A stretch of 64,000 bases of DNA from Minutocellus sp. GHC0000111 (taxonomy: Eukaryota). The stretch lies in the NCBI GenBank assembly GCA_977018835.1, contig OZ361258.1, forward strand, positions 2,356,001-2,420,000. The letters are read 5' to 3'. Shown one piece after another: positions 11,907 through 24,739 of the stretch. The position numbers were made by a program, and so were the translations under genes. Positions within the stretch are counted from its first letter, which is position 1, and the number at the start of each line of letters is the position of its first letter. The notes below the pieces were generated by a model. The model saw only the letters and a program-made list of their open reading frames with translations. It made no database searches and was not told the origin of the DNA.

Positions 11907-14203
11907 ATGAAGCTTCAGTTTGCATCGGCTGCCATCGCTCTCGTGGCGGCTCTGTCTCCGAGCGTTGATGCCTTTTCTCCTGCTGCCAGGCCCTCGGGGC
12001 TGGTCCAGCGCGCTTCGGCCCTTCGCATGTCGACCACCGAGGTCGAAACTACCAACGGCGAAGCTGCTACCGCTGACAACAAGAATGTTGCCCAGACGGA
12101 GGATACTTCCCGCGAGAAGGTGATGACGTTCTCGTACGACATGTCGATGGAGCCCAAATACGAAAAACCCACCTACCCTGGCACTGGCAACGGCCTTTCT
12201 GGCGATGCCGGAGAGTACGACATCATTGTGATCGGTTCCGGCATGGGTGGTTTGGCCTGCTCTGCCCTCAGTGCCAAGTACGGATCCAAGGTCCTCTGCC
12301 TCGAATCGCACATCAAGGTCGGCGGATCGGCACACACCTTCTCCCGCATGCACAACGGGGAGAAGTACAGCTTCGAGGTTGGGCCCAGTATCTTCGAGGG
12401 ATTGGACCGACCCAGTCTCAACCCCCTTCGTATGATCTTTGACATCCTGGAGGAGACCATGCCCGTCGAGACCTACAAGGGTCTTGGCTTCTGGACACCC
12501 GAGGGATACTGGCGTTTCCCCATCGGCACCAAGAAGGGATTTGAGGAGCTTCTCATGGAACAGTGCGGAGAGGATGGGCCCAAGGCGATCAAGGTGAGTG
12601 AAAACTACGCAGGAGAAAGCGCCAAGTGTACAATCGTCGTTCGCTCTAATTTATTTGAATGACTACATGATTTGTGTTCGGTGTGCATTCATCGCTTTCG
12701 CTAACTCATTTCCTTATGTCCTCATGTGTGACTTGCTGCGATGCAATCACAAACACCATATTGATCTACGTATGACAAAAATTGTTTTAGGAGTGGAATG
12801 CCCTTCGTGATCGTCTCAAGACTCTTGGCGGATCCACCACCGCTGTGGCACTTCTCAATCTCCGTCAGGATGCTGGTTTCTTGTCCACCACGGCTGGCGC
12901 TCTCCCCTTCGTGGCCAAGAACCCCGATGTCTTTGCCGATCTGCCCCTGACCTTCGACGACTTGTCCAAGACGGTGGATGAAATTGTCACCGTTCCATTT
13001 GTTCGCAACTTCATTGACTGCATGTGCATTTTCTGCGGTTTCCCCGCCAAGGGTGCCATGACGGCGCATATCCTTTACATCCTTGAACGTTTCTTTGAGG
13101 AATCGGCCGCCTTTTCCGTTCCCGTCGGTGGTACCTCCCAGCTTGGCGAGACTCTTCAGCGTGGTTTGGAGAAGTTTGGCGGTAAGCTTCAGCTCAATGC
13201 TCACGTTGATGAAATCCTCATCGAAGACGGGCGGGCCGTCGGTGTCAGACTTAAGAACGGCAACGTTGTCAAGGCTCGCAAGGCCGTCGTTTCCAACGCA
13301 ACTCCCTTCGATACCGTCAAGCTGATGCCCCAAAAGGAAGGCGAGCCCAAGAAGTTGACCAAGTGGAGAGAGGATCTCGGCACTCTCCCCCGTCACGGTG
13401 CTATTTCGCATCTTTTCCTTGGTGTTGATGCCACTGGTTTGGACCTTTCCCACCTGGAGGATCCCGCTCATCTTATTGTTCAGGATTGGAATCGATCGAT
13501 GCAGGACTCGCAGAATCTCTGCTCCTTCTTCATCCCATCCCTGTTGGACAAGTCCGTTTGCCCCGAAGGAAAGCATGTAATTCACGTGTACTCCTCTGGA
13601 GGCGAGCCCTACGAGCCTTGGGAGAAACTTACGCCTGGAACCGAGGAGTATGAAGAGTACAAGAAGGAGCGTGTGGAGGTTCTCTTCAAGGCCGTGGAGA
13701 AAGCCATCCCTGACATTCGCGACAGACTTGAGTTCACAATCATCGGCTCTCCCCTCGCCCACGAGGCCTTCCTCCGAAGAGATCGTGGAACTTACGGCAT
13801 GGCCTGGGCCGCTGGGTCGTCGGCACCGCAGGCTGGTATTTTGGGCAGCGTGTTGCCCTTCCCGTTCCCCAACCTGAAGACCCCCGTCGATGGTCTGCTC
13901 CGATGCGGAGATTCTTGCTTCCCTGGCATCGGAACTCCGAGTGCCGCTGCATCTGGTGCGATTGCCGCCAACACTATGACTCATGTTGATAACCACCTGA
14001 AGCTCCTCGAAGAGGCCAGCAAGAAGGATCCCATCTACAAGTTCCTGGATCCTGGCTTCATGGGACAAGTATACAAGCCCTTCGTTCAGGGATTCACTCC
14101 TTCGGCCGAATTGAGGACCGAGCGTTTTGCTGCCGGTGCGGGCGTAGCACCGGTTGACTACACCCAGAAGAATGCGGAGCGTGATGCCGCCGCTTCTAGC
14201 TAA
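11907..14203 (+). CDS. CRTISO: Plastid-targeted carotenoid isomerase (CRTISO)-family FAD protein, possibly the CRTISO5 (fucoxanthin-forming) clade
   Basis: Signal peptide + VDAFSP; GSGMGGL FAD motif, [23 protein letters not shown]. One phase-0 intron at 12594-12790; intact, 699 aa. The subclade assignment rests on recalled similarity only. Confidence 0.88.
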
Positions 14204-14326
14204 GCAAGTTGAGTTCCAGGCGTCTGGTGTATGCAGACTCGTAGGCGTGCATTCTAACAAATACATTTGCATAGAACAAGGTTTTTGCTGCCCATAGTCT
14301 TGTTTGTTTATGTGATTATCAGATTA

Positions 14327-16459
14327 TTACCAACTCAGATCACTATCACAGCCATACTTTGCTACGATAGGGAAATAATAGCTTTGCCACAGCCTGTCGC
14401 AATCTGAATCTGAGAGCTCGGATACATTCTCACGTACACAATCCCGTCTGGCGATTCGGCGCGCCTCATCAAGTCACTAACAATATCACGGATTGAGTCA
14501 TCCAATGTATTCGTTAGATTGCTGTACTCGCCACGTCGGTGCCAGTCACTCAAGGAAAAGTATCGAATAATCTGAAGTGCCAGCTCAGGCAGCATTGTGC
14601 CATTGTGCCGAAGCATACAGTATATGTATTCAGGGCCGGTCCACTGCATCAAAACGTTGCTCAATCCACATCCCTGCTCATATGCCCCAAGCTCAGTGCT
14701 GTAGAGTGGATCTTCCTCATCATGACATAGAGTGCGGAATTCATCGTGCAACCCTACTACCGAGGCTCGTGTTGGTGGGCTGCAGCCGATGACTCGAGAA
14801 CGGCATGCGGCCGTCCAATCATAGTCACCTTTATCATCGTTTCTGTTTTGATCCCCTCCAATCCCCTCTCTTTTCTCAACAACCCTGACACAGCGTCCTA
14901 ATTCATGAACCAAGGCTACTAAGCAAAGCCAATCTGGATGACCATTGCACCGAAACTGTTCTGCAACGTAAAAACAGAAACTGCGCAGACAAATGGACCG
15001 AGAGGAGGAACCGTTATCAGAAGACGAACGCAGCGGAATGGAGGAAGCTAGGTCCAACGCATTCTTCAAGCTCATAGAACATAAGTTAAAGCTCAGATAT
15101 TTGCAGCGCCAAGCATTTACATTCGCCACGTTCTGATGTCGCCAGCTATTTCGGCACTGAACACGACTCTGCGATTGGTTGGCGAGACACGCAAGACTTC
15201 TGTCCTTTGGATTGACTCTCCAAGGAGTTGGCCTTGGTGAAAGGAAAAGACTTCCTGTACAAGGATCGGTGGAGAGGTAAAGCATCTGATCAGGGTGGTG
15301 GCGCCCAGTACTAGTAGTCTGCATCAGCCACATTTCATCGGGTGGTACCATGGAGCTCAACGACGATCCTTCATGTCCTACGTGACCAAGATCATAGTCT
15401 GACTCATTCGAGTCATATAATAAGTCACAGTCGGGACAAGAGGAAGCGCTGGAGAATCGAAATACGAGCGGGTCTCCAGTATTGTCTTTCGCGACACGTA
15501 CCTCTCCACAGGAGGAAGCAAAAAGATGGTAGCCACAAGTCGTCCGAAAATGAAAAAAGGCCGTTGCCACCATCAATAAGAATCCAATTCCATTTCCGAT
15601 TCCGTCGTTCACCATCAGATGCAGACGAGAATGAAATATCAGATCTGTCTTTGCTTTGAAGATGTACAGGCAAAAAGTTGCAATTCAAAGTGAGATCGAA
15701 TGCTGCAAATGGATCAGGCATGAACACTTGCGTTGGCCCTGACACAACCACCATGGGAATCTTGCGGTAATTCTCTCCGTCGTTACCGGTATTGTTGAGG
15801 TACTGGATCCTTGCATTTGGCTTGACACCAAATCCTAGACGATGGTAGAAACCGATCAGCTTTCCATGTCGGTCGTCTTCTTCTTCAGCATCAAGAAAAC
15901 ATTGAATGGTCCGACCTGGAAATCGACGATGAAGAGCTTGCATGGCCTCCGCAACCAGCAGCCCTCCGAGGTCACAGCCTCGGTGCAGTGGCTTGACTTC
16001 CAAGACGTGAATCCTTGCCTGGACTGCCTCATCACTCCCGCTGAGCTCCGTCGCCACCGAGAAGATAATCTTGGCTACGACCCCAGGCTGATTTGATGCA
16101 AATATTAGTATCCTTTCTTCACCGGGGTGCATGGCGAGGGATGGACTGATCGAGGAACGATGCTCCAATCGATATGAGAAGAATTCATGCTCCCCCAAAA
16201 AAGATTCACGATTGTTGGAAGAACTGCTGCGCCCTAGCACTTTAGCAAGGCCAACTGATTTCTCTGTTATATGCAGTGCGGTTTGTACATCGGTGATTTT
16301 GCTTTGGTCCGCACGGAGTCGCTTCGGGGAAAAAGAAGACGGAGAATGCTTCCGTTTACTTGCGTCCGCCGCCGTTCCTGCGCACTCGCCACATTCAGTC
16401 CGTGAGTTGGACGTTGCTACACATATATCTGCCTCATGGCGCAAGCCCCGAGCCTCCAT
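14327..16459 (-). pseudogene. GNAT acetyltransferase fused to a degenerate myo-inositol oxygenase (MIOX)-like domain, two frameshifts
   Basis: GNAT motifs LEVKPLHRGCDLGGLL and FYHRLGF. MIOX-like HPDWL..LVHELGR, YSTELGAY..GCGLSNV, LPELAL.IIRY, WH..GEY, and C-terminus YY..IVAKY....LSW* (stop at 14327). Frameshifts at a T-run near 15555 and near 14470. Confidence 0.75.
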
Positions 16460-16555
16460 TTTCTAATAACAAGGTACACAAGGACGTTGCTACACATATA
16501 TCTGCCTCATGGCGCAAGCCCCGAGCCTCCATTTTCTAAATAACAAGGTACACAA
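16409..16555. repeat. ~73-bp tandem duplication covering the start codon region of the GNAT-MIOX gene
   Basis: ggacgttgctacacatatatctgcc...ggtacacaa occurs at 16409-16481 and 16482-16555, differing by a 1-bp indel. Confidence 0.95.
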
Positions 16556-16600
16556 GTTGAAAAGTACGAGCAAGTGTCAAGAACAATCAAGTCGAAACAA

Positions 16601-16653
16601 TCGAGTCGTCGAGTCGAGTCGAGTCGTCGAGTCGACGAGTCGAGTGAGTCGTC
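16601..16653. repeat. (GAGTC)n-rich tract related to those at 23.7 kb and 24.98 kb
   Basis: tcgagtcgtcgagtcgagtcgagtcgtcgagtcgacgagtcgagtgagtc. Confidence 0.7.
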
Positions 16654-16751
16654 AGCATTAATAGCACTCCTGAACTGATTTTCCCTTGTATTCAGCCTCA
16701 ACTCTCAAATTAGAGGAGTAGGACAAGTCCAGTCGAACTATTACCAGCAAG

Positions 16752-17457
16752 ATGAAGCGCCGGTCGGAATCTGAGGCGTCGCTACTACGGCATCTAAAGA
16801 GGGCGAACTCGTCGGTATTCTCTATATCGACCATTGTCGAGCAGGAAACTGCGAGCAATGTCGATGGCGAGCCTGCTGAGCCGATGACAGGCAAGACGCT
16901 GCCGCCACCGCCACCGCAACCTCCAACAGCAGCACCATACTCAGACGGAGGGTTTTACGTAGAAAGTGCGGGCGATGGCAATGATAATGATGGCGATGAA
17001 AGGGCTGATACAAGTACGCTGGACACCAGTTCCTATCTGCCCGTGTTGTCTCCTTCACGGAAGACGACAAAGAAGAGAACTCGTGTTGCCAATGATAATG
17101 TCACGGGAGTTATCTTTGAATCATCCGACGGCCATTGCGATCGGAACAATCGTCTGCACAAGGAGCGGCCACTGCGCATTGTCTCCATCAAGGACCACCT
17201 CACAAGGCCCGAGTCTCATCACATACCTCGTCGGTGCAAGATCTTCGGTGACGCTGGTGCCGTCTATAAACGTGAGGAGGAGACAGGGGGGACGATCGGA
17301 ACAATAGCAGCAACGGATTCAGCAGTCGATCAATTTCTGGACGACGAAGATTACCTTCGAGTTCATCTTGCAGGGTACATGCAGCGACTGGATCGCTTAT
17401 CCGGATGTGCCTGCACCGATCGACTCGATTGCGAGGCTGAGCAGTACAAATCAATCC
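16752..17457 (+). pseudogene. Class II histone deacetylase, 5' half
   Basis: HKERPLRIVSI...LRVHLAGYM...AEQYKSI matches the HDAC N-terminal segment (HPE.P.R, L.VH...Y, SIY). Homology stops abruptly at ~17457. Confidence 0.75.
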
Positions 17458-17482
17458 ACAAGGATTGGACACGAATCGACTT

Positions 17483-20400
17483 CTACATTAACTTACTGCT
17501 ATGATATTTGTGTTTTACCACAATCCCCAGTGGAAATTTTCGAGCGGCACTGGCACGACTGGCACGATATTTGATTGTCTGCAACGTCGTCGTGCGATAT
17601 TGCTGAGACGGGTCGACCAGTTTCATTGTTGGTGCTCCTGCATCTCTGCAGAGCCAACACCTGTCAATGACGCAAAGACGATCTGGAAGAGGTGTGTAGC
17701 GGGCATACCAGATTGTCCCTTTGGGTTTTGCCCTACCCGACTGCTTCACTTCAACGACTCCACCTCCCTCGGTAGCCAGTGCTCTCTTCAGAGCCATTGC
17801 GGGCATTCCAGTGCGATCAACGACGTCTCTGTAGCCAGAAGTGAACTTCAGCGGCGTGCCAGTTGGTTCCCTGACGTCCACAAAGACTTGAGTTTCCCGC
17901 CGATCCTTGCGCATGGTGTTCTCGTTGGTAGGGACTGTGCCTCGGGTGTTCTTTCGAACGCCGCACCGAGGGCAAAATGTCAGAACTGTTGACCTAAGAA
18001 CTCTTGCAGTCGAGACGGCAATGCCGAGTTTTTGATTGAGGGCAGATGATCTTCGCTCGGCGCTGATCCTCGTCATGTCCTCGAGCTGCTCCAGCTGATT
18101 CTCGACAAATTCACTCTGGCGATCGTTGGCGGTCCCGTTGCCGTAGGCCTCCCTCGCTTTGCGCTGCCACTCGCGGCACTCCTCGAGATGCTCGAGCTGG
18201 CCCTTGACAAAGCGAAGCTGGTCGTCGTCGGGGCACCCGTCCCAGTAAGCGATCCAAGCCATCAACTGCCAATCTCGAGCTCTACCAAGGGCCTGGCGGG
18301 CTGCCTCGACCTTGAGTAGGTATGCAGCAGAATCCTTGATGCCGTTGAAAATATTCATAGCAGTGACACATACTGTGGAGCAGCCGAGGAACTTGAGGAT
18401 ACCACTGAAGACGGAATCGAAAGCGCGGCACTCAATCCCAAACCGATGCCCGTGGAACATTGGGTTGAGGAGACGCTCGGGGTGGACCGGAGGCTTGAGG
18501 GTAAAAATCTTGGACTTGATCTTCTTGACGAAGCGATCAAAGGCGGTCTTGCCAAAGATGTCCTTCTTCATCCTCTCCATGGCCCCGATGGAGCAGAATA
18601 GATTGGACCGACGATGGGCATGATCTTCTCCACAAACTTTCGATACTCCGCCATCACCCTCTTGTAATTCTTCTCACTGTACACATCCGTCGGCTGTCCA
18701 CCATATGGGAATTGGAATGGGACTGTGTTGAGTTTCATGGTAAGCCAGTACACGGGACCGAGAGCAATACGGATGAGCTCCCACGTGGCCGATAAAAGAG
18801 GGAGGCAATTCTTCCGCCAGGTAGCTGCGGCCGGGTGGCGTTGCTTGAGAGCATTCTCGAGGGACGTAGGGCAAAAGTGGAGCCAAAGAATGAGGAGAGG
18901 TAAACCGGCGATGAGGCTGGCTGGAGCGCACCAAGGCATCCACGGCGAAATAAAGACGACGGATTGGCCACCGATGGCAGGAATCGTCTGAGCAATCTTG
19001 AGGAATTTGAGCCATTCCTTCCATATCTGGACGAAGACCGGATTGTGGTGGTCTTGCCAGTCGGAAGGGAGGGTGCCGTAGTGAGGACCAGGAACGTCGA
19101 AATCTTGAGGATCGTACTTCTCCGACTCTTCGTCGGTGCCACTGGCCGCCCGAAGGAGTTGATCGCTCGAATAGTCTGTAGTGTCGTAACAGAATCGATG
19201 GAACACCGGGTCAACACGAGAAAATAAGAAAAAAATAGGATGAGATATGTGTAACAATAAGAGGTAGGAACAAAAGAATGCGTGTGTATTCGCAACACAC
19301 AAAAGAATACGTGCAGTCTCCATTCCAACTCACCGTCAACGACAGTCTCGTTGCCGGCCATTTGACTCTCATTGCATTGAGAGCAAAGGCATAGGTTCCG
19401 CTCCTTTCCTGTAGGATCGACATGTGCTGTTGAAGCCTCCTCCTCGTCCACCTCTCCACAGGAATCGCAAAGAATACGGTACTTCGTAGTAGCCAAATCC
19501 TTGTTCTCCTTAATCCCGTCGTCCACGTATTCAATGGTAACAATAGAGTGCTGCTTTGCAGTCACCATCGCCGCATACTCGGTCCCGTCCTTGTCCCAGA
19601 CTACAGACAACGTGCTCCCAACACTGACGTGGCCGAGGCTCGTGATTGGCTCCGTCGATGGCACCCAAAGCGTCGACGGCATCTCCTCCTCCTCCTGCTC
19701 TTCCTCCATGGCATCTTCAAATGCCTCGTCCTCCACAGCGTCCTCAAAGAGCTGGCTATCCGCATCGTCCACCTCCATGGTCGACGAATCCGAGGCCTTG
19801 CTGCTGCTCTTGGGCTTCTTCTGCTTCGGCTGATCGCAACCCCCGCAATCCGCCTTACCGCAACTGCCACCACCATTGCAATCTCCGGTGGCCTCCTCTT
19901 CCGAGTTCGCCCGTCGCCGACCAGAACGGCGAGGCTGCTCCTTCTCCCCACCTCCATCCTCAGCCTTGGCCCCATTACCACCAGACTGGCCGCTCTTGGA
20001 ACGGGCAGTACGAGCGGTACGGACCGCGGTAGCTGCATTGGCCGGGGGCTGCTCCTTCTTGGCCTTGGAACGGGTGGTACGGGTGGTACGGGTGGTGGCA
20101 CTGCTACCGCTGCCGTTACTTGAACCGGATCGGGGCTCGGGGATGAGATGACGACGGCCTTCCTCCTCGAGGCTGACGTAGTGGAGCTCATCGTAATATC
20201 CAAGGAGGACGGGGCGGATGTCTTCATCACCCTTGTAGACGACGGGGTCAGTGGGGAAGTCGGTGGTCATCATGCCGTTGGGGCCGGCACTGGCACCATT
20301 GAAGTAGGTAACGGTCTGGGCGCGGAAGGAAAAAACATGAATGGGGAGATCGATGAGGCGCTCGATGATGACCAGTTCGATGTTGCCGGACCACTCATGT

Positions 20401-20753
20401 CCGTCCTTGATGCCCTTGGCGTACTGGGCCGGGCCGTCGCTGAGGGCTTGGTACTTCTCGGGGAGGAAGTCAAAGAACAGTCCAATATCGGAGAGGAAGG
20501 CCTCGGCAACAGCGATGCGAAGAGCACGGGCGTTGGGATATTCCGTGAATCCCCTCCGGAGAAGGGCGGCCACGACCGCGTCGGCTTGGCACAGCCCATC
20601 GGTGCGGGTGGAGATGAGCAGCAGCCGGAGGATGTTGGTACACGCATCGACGCCGGCGGCAATGGCATCGGCGGTCGACCTCGTCCTTCTGCTGCTGCCG
20701 GCCGATGAGGATGGCTGAGACCGATTGGCCTTGGACTTCTTCTTCCTGCCCAT
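17483..20753 (-). CDS. Large OTU-protease + Tudor-like + unknown domain + NUMOD1-like/Zn-ribbon protein (one intron, at least one frameshift)
   Basis: OTU motifs TDGLCQADAV, EWSGNIEL...LPIHVF, LGYYDELHYVSL. Tudor-like VGSTLSVVWDKDGTEYAAMV...IEYVDDG. Intron 19333-19176 joins VDD/YSSDQ in frame. Frameshift near 18600 into ORF 17483-18580. Confidence 0.7.
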
Positions 20754-21495
20754 GGTGGTGATGAGAGGGACGATGCGGTCTTGGGGGGTCGAACAGATAG
20801 GTCCAAAATGACAGATGGAGGAATAACGGTTGTGAGAACATGACAGAGCAAAAGCAGACTGGCCATCCAGGCAACAAATAGCTCGGTGCCGATGCCGACG
20901 CCGATGCCGCCGCCTCCGCCGTCGACACCGACGTCTCCGCCGCGTCCAGCGCAGCTGCTGCCACTGATCCTACAATTCGGCCAGAGCCGCTGCTGCCGGC
21001 CGCCAGTCGCTACAATTGTACCAGTAGTGCTGTGCCACTGGGTGCCACTACTGTGCAGAAACACCGAGCCGCCGAGAGCATCCGGGCTGCCGGACTACCG
21101 ATACGCCAATCGATGCCGGCTTGTATCAAGGCCTTGGTCTCCTCCTTCGTCTCTCCCTCCCTCCCCTCCCCTCTTCACCGCCCAAAAATTCCAAACCAAC
21201 CAACCAACAATCGCAACAGCAAACAGGCCGCGCCGCTGCGCCGCCGCCGATGAGGACGTACCAATACACAGGCAGGTGCTCTTGGTGAAGAAGCACCAGG
21301 AGGAAGATAGCAAGGCGGAAGCAGTCGGCAGCTTCAGCAGGTTCAGCGTCGATCGAAAGTAGGATCAAGTGGAACTGAAATTAGTGAGGTGAGGCGATCT
21401 CGTCGTTGGCTTGATTTCTATCCGGGTTCGCACCGCAGGGTTCGCATTCGCTGCGAATTTCGAATGACGTCATTTACCAATGGGCTGCGATGGCG

Positions 21496-22469
21496 TCATA
21501 CTGCACATCCACCATCCACCGTCAGCTTCCCACCGGAGCCTTTCACATCGGTAACGATTCCATCACCGCCGGGAGAATTCTTGTATGGGCTGTAGTCTGA
21601 TGAAACCCTCACGGTATCGCCTTTTTGGAGGAGGGGTTTGCCCGACACATATATTATAGTTGCTCGTCTTCTTCCCCTTCGGCGGCGGCGTAGTGATGGA
21701 AGTGACGGTACCTCTTTGTTTTGCATGCTCCTTCCTTTCATATTCAAGGCATATGCGCTTATTCTCGCGCTCTTTCTCCGCCGCGACCTGCGCCTTCTTG
21801 GCCGCCTTCTTCGCAATGTCTTCGGCTGCCGCCTTCGCTTTCTCGGCATCCAATTGTTGGGATCGCTGCACTTGCGCCGGTGCTGGCGACGACGATGGAT
21901 GAGAGGACGTATCAGTCGATGTACCAGTCGGCAGAGAAGGCGGAGAACGAGCAGGAGACACAATGGCCGGGCGAGTCGATGGCGTTCGAGTCACGTTCGA
22001 CGAGGGTGAGGTATTGGCATTATTTGATTGCGATGCGGCCCGTGTGCAGACGTTGTTGGACGGCGGGATGAACGAGCGTTGTTGGAGGCTGCTGGCGACC
22101 GAAAATACGTAGGAGGCCATGGGAGGAGATCACCCCTGGATAAATGCATGTCTGCAAGGTTTTTGTCGCTGAGATTGGTCGTGTTGTTTATATCGGCCAC
22201 GAAGCATTTTTGTGGCAGCGCAAGTTTGCGTTCTCTTTGCCGTATCTTTGGAAGTGCTGCACTTGACAGCAGTGGTGGAACGATGCGCCACATTTTGTGC
22301 ACCGATCATTGGCGGGAGGGCCGGCCGAGCCAGGGATAGCCAACGCGCAAGCGCCAATTTGAGAATAACTGCAGGAGTTTGGCATATAAATGGGAGGAGG
22401 GGCAAGCGGTATCGTTTCGTTCTCGTTCTTTATGCTTGGATGGTCGGACGATGATTGGCTGATGAACAT
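21496..22469 (-). pseudogene. Fragmented gene with a PHD-like Cys/His finger and an SH3/Tudor-like segment
   Basis: CSY..IGAC...DRCTKCGASFHHCCQ...LRCHK, a low-complexity/coiled-coil middle and QKGDTVRVSSDYSP...GDGIVTDV, spread over three frames. Confidence 0.4.
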
Positions 22470-23617
22470 TGAAAATCTTCAGAGCCGTATAAAAGTTTTA
22501 CTGTGTCAGAGAGATTTGGGCGGGAATGTGTCGATTTGGAGGGCGATCCCGACGCCGCCGGATTCGCAAGGAGCGCGATCGATGAAGGCGGCGAACATCA
22601 CACGTTGCTCAACATATCTTGAACTAATCGATGAGGGAAAGTCCGATCGGTTGGACAACATTTCGTGATAAACGACCATGCAAAGCAACGACCTTTGCCA
22701 TGAAGAGAGAGGCAAACGAGACGGGCAAGCAAAAAAACGGTCAAAGACGCCCAAAATGTGCTAAATTAAGTAGTGGAGAGCCGGCCATGCCAGTAAAAGA
22801 CATTTTTCCGCTCTCTCTTGTCACTCCTGTTCGCGAAAATTTCTCGCTGGCGTCGCCAGATCGACACGCACTTGGTAGTACATGTAGCATGCGCCGCTCT
22901 CTGCTCACCGATGGTTGCCCCACGGCCTGCCCTAACCCTAAGTCTCTGTGCTCAAAATTTCCCCTACAGGGTAATGAGGATAAGCTGGCAGGCCTTGAAT
23001 CAGATTTGGTAGACGCTCGCAGGAATTTCCTCAAGCTTTACATCCAGCTCAAAGGCAACAACAACGTCGACAACAACGCTGCTGGCGATGATGATGGGCT
23101 GCCTGCAAATGCCGCTCCTGGACTGCAATATGACAAGAAGCTGCGAGTGTGCTACCATGCCGTTGACAGATCTCTTCGCTTGGTCGATGGGAGTCCCATT
23201 GGGACGACTACCATCGACTGGTTGAGGAGAAAGGGTTAGGGAGTGAGAACGAGGGCAAGAGTGTCTCACTCTTGCGAAAAAAAAGAGTGACTGATTTCTC
23301 TCCACATGTCGAACATGTAGATAAATCACAGAGCGCTAACTAATAGTAGGGGAAAGTTGCAATTACACCGGAATTAAAAGAATAGCTAGCTAGATCTAGA
23401 GGATATCGACACTCATGATGCGCATCTCGCTGGTGTTGAAAAAAAAAACAATTGCTCCGGCAATGCATTTTTCTCATTTCGCCAACTCAAGCAAGCATCT
23501 GTAGACTTTCGCTCTACAACAACGCTGCTGTTGCATGTAAATGGAAGTGCTTAATGCTGTTAAAGGTTGAGCTCCTTCCGAATCCGCTCCATCGCACTTC
23601 CAACGGCCCTACGAGTT

Positions 23618-23757
23618 CGCATTTAATAAGATGACGAGCACCATTCATGTGACTCTCCATTCTGACTCGACGACTCGACTCCTCTCCCGCCATCGAATCG
23701 GCTCGTCAGACTATTTTGATTGAGTCGAGTCGAGTGAGTCAATTCGAGTCGAGTCGA
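23618..23757. repeat. Dispersed repeat: ~55 bp shared with 24909-24963, followed by inverted GACTC/GAGTC arrays
   Basis: tcgcatttaa(taa)gatgacgagcaccattcatgtgactctcYattctgactcgacgac is present at both sites. Confidence 0.85.
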
Positions 23758-23764
23758 ATGGGCC

Positions 23765-24739
23765 TTGCGTCTGGTACACTTGCATGCGCCAAAAATGCCG
23801 CATCAACCTTCTGTCGATTGGTTTCAGATGTTGTTACCGGAAAACTAGACAATGGATTTGCTGTGATAAGGCCACCGGGACATCACGCTGAGCCAAGCCT
23901 CGCCGGTGGTTACTGTGTGCTCAACAATGTTGCTCTTGGCGCAGCATATGCCCGGGAGAAGCAAGCTTGGTGTTGCAAAAATTTTGATTGTCGACTGGGA
24001 TATCCATCACGGCAATGGGACTCAATCAGCATTTATCAACGACGCGGATGTTCTGTACTTTTCTGTTCGTTCATCGATATCACAACGGAAATTACTTCCC
24101 TTTCCTTGGCGGCAACGGAGGGCCTGGCATGGTGGGCGAGGGCAAAGGTGCTGGCTTCAATGTCAACGTTGGATGGAACCAAAAGCATATGGGTGACGAA
24201 GAGTACTACGCTGTCTGGAAAAGAGAGTGTTGATGCCCATTGCACGAGAGGTCCAACCCAACATTGTTCTTGTTAGTGCTGGCTTTGATGGGGCCTTGGG
24301 CGACATGGGCGAGTGCAACATTACGCCATACGCCTTTGGCAACCTCACGAAGCAGCTAATGACCTTGGCAGAGGGTAAGGTTGTCTGTACCTTGGAGGGT
24401 GGCTACGTCCGAAGTATCCTTGCAAAATGTTGCGAGGCTGTTATTTTGGCTCTGTTGACGGGTGGCAAAGACGGGAATGCAAAGGATTGTAGCTCCAATC
24501 AGTGTGAGGACTGTAGTGCTAATGATTCTTGTGGTGCCGACGATGAAGAAAAGAAGCTTGATTCCAGTGACCTGCCAAGCTGCATTACATGTAGCAGCAC
24601 CGAAGAGAAAGACAAAGATGACTCGCTGCCTTCTATTTCAATCAACCCAAGTGCAGAAAAAAGCATTCGGGCCACCATAGAGGCGCATGCTCCGTATTGG
24701 AAGTGCTTTGGGAAGTCTTTGGAAGAATTGGATGAATGA
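23765..24739 (+). pseudogene. Class II histone deacetylase, 3' half, with three frameshifts
   Basis: [45 protein letters not shown]. Frameshifts from duplicated aagc (23959-23966), gttc (24065-24072) and an extra ga (~24224). Confidence 0.9.

Larger units (their letters stand above)
17458..23764. mobile_element. ~6.3-kb unclassified insertion interrupting the HDAC gene
   Basis: The HDAC sequence breaks after YKSI and resumes at SGTLACAKNAA with only a few residues missing. There is no GT at the junction, and no convincing TSD, TIR or transposase was seen. Confidence 0.7.

Noticed and set aside
12722..14272. 516-aa antisense ORF over CRTISO
   Set aside because: Shadow ORF caused by strong codon bias on the coding strand; no recognisable motifs.
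22631..23239. 202-aa plus-strand ORF inside the insertion
   Set aside because: No recognisable motif; coding status unsupported.
17458..23764. Insertion as a giant intron, Helitron or TIR element
   Set aside because: No GT donor at the junction, no TC...CTRR ends or Rep/helicase seen, and only a 5-bp caagg/ccttg terminal match, too short to call a TIR.
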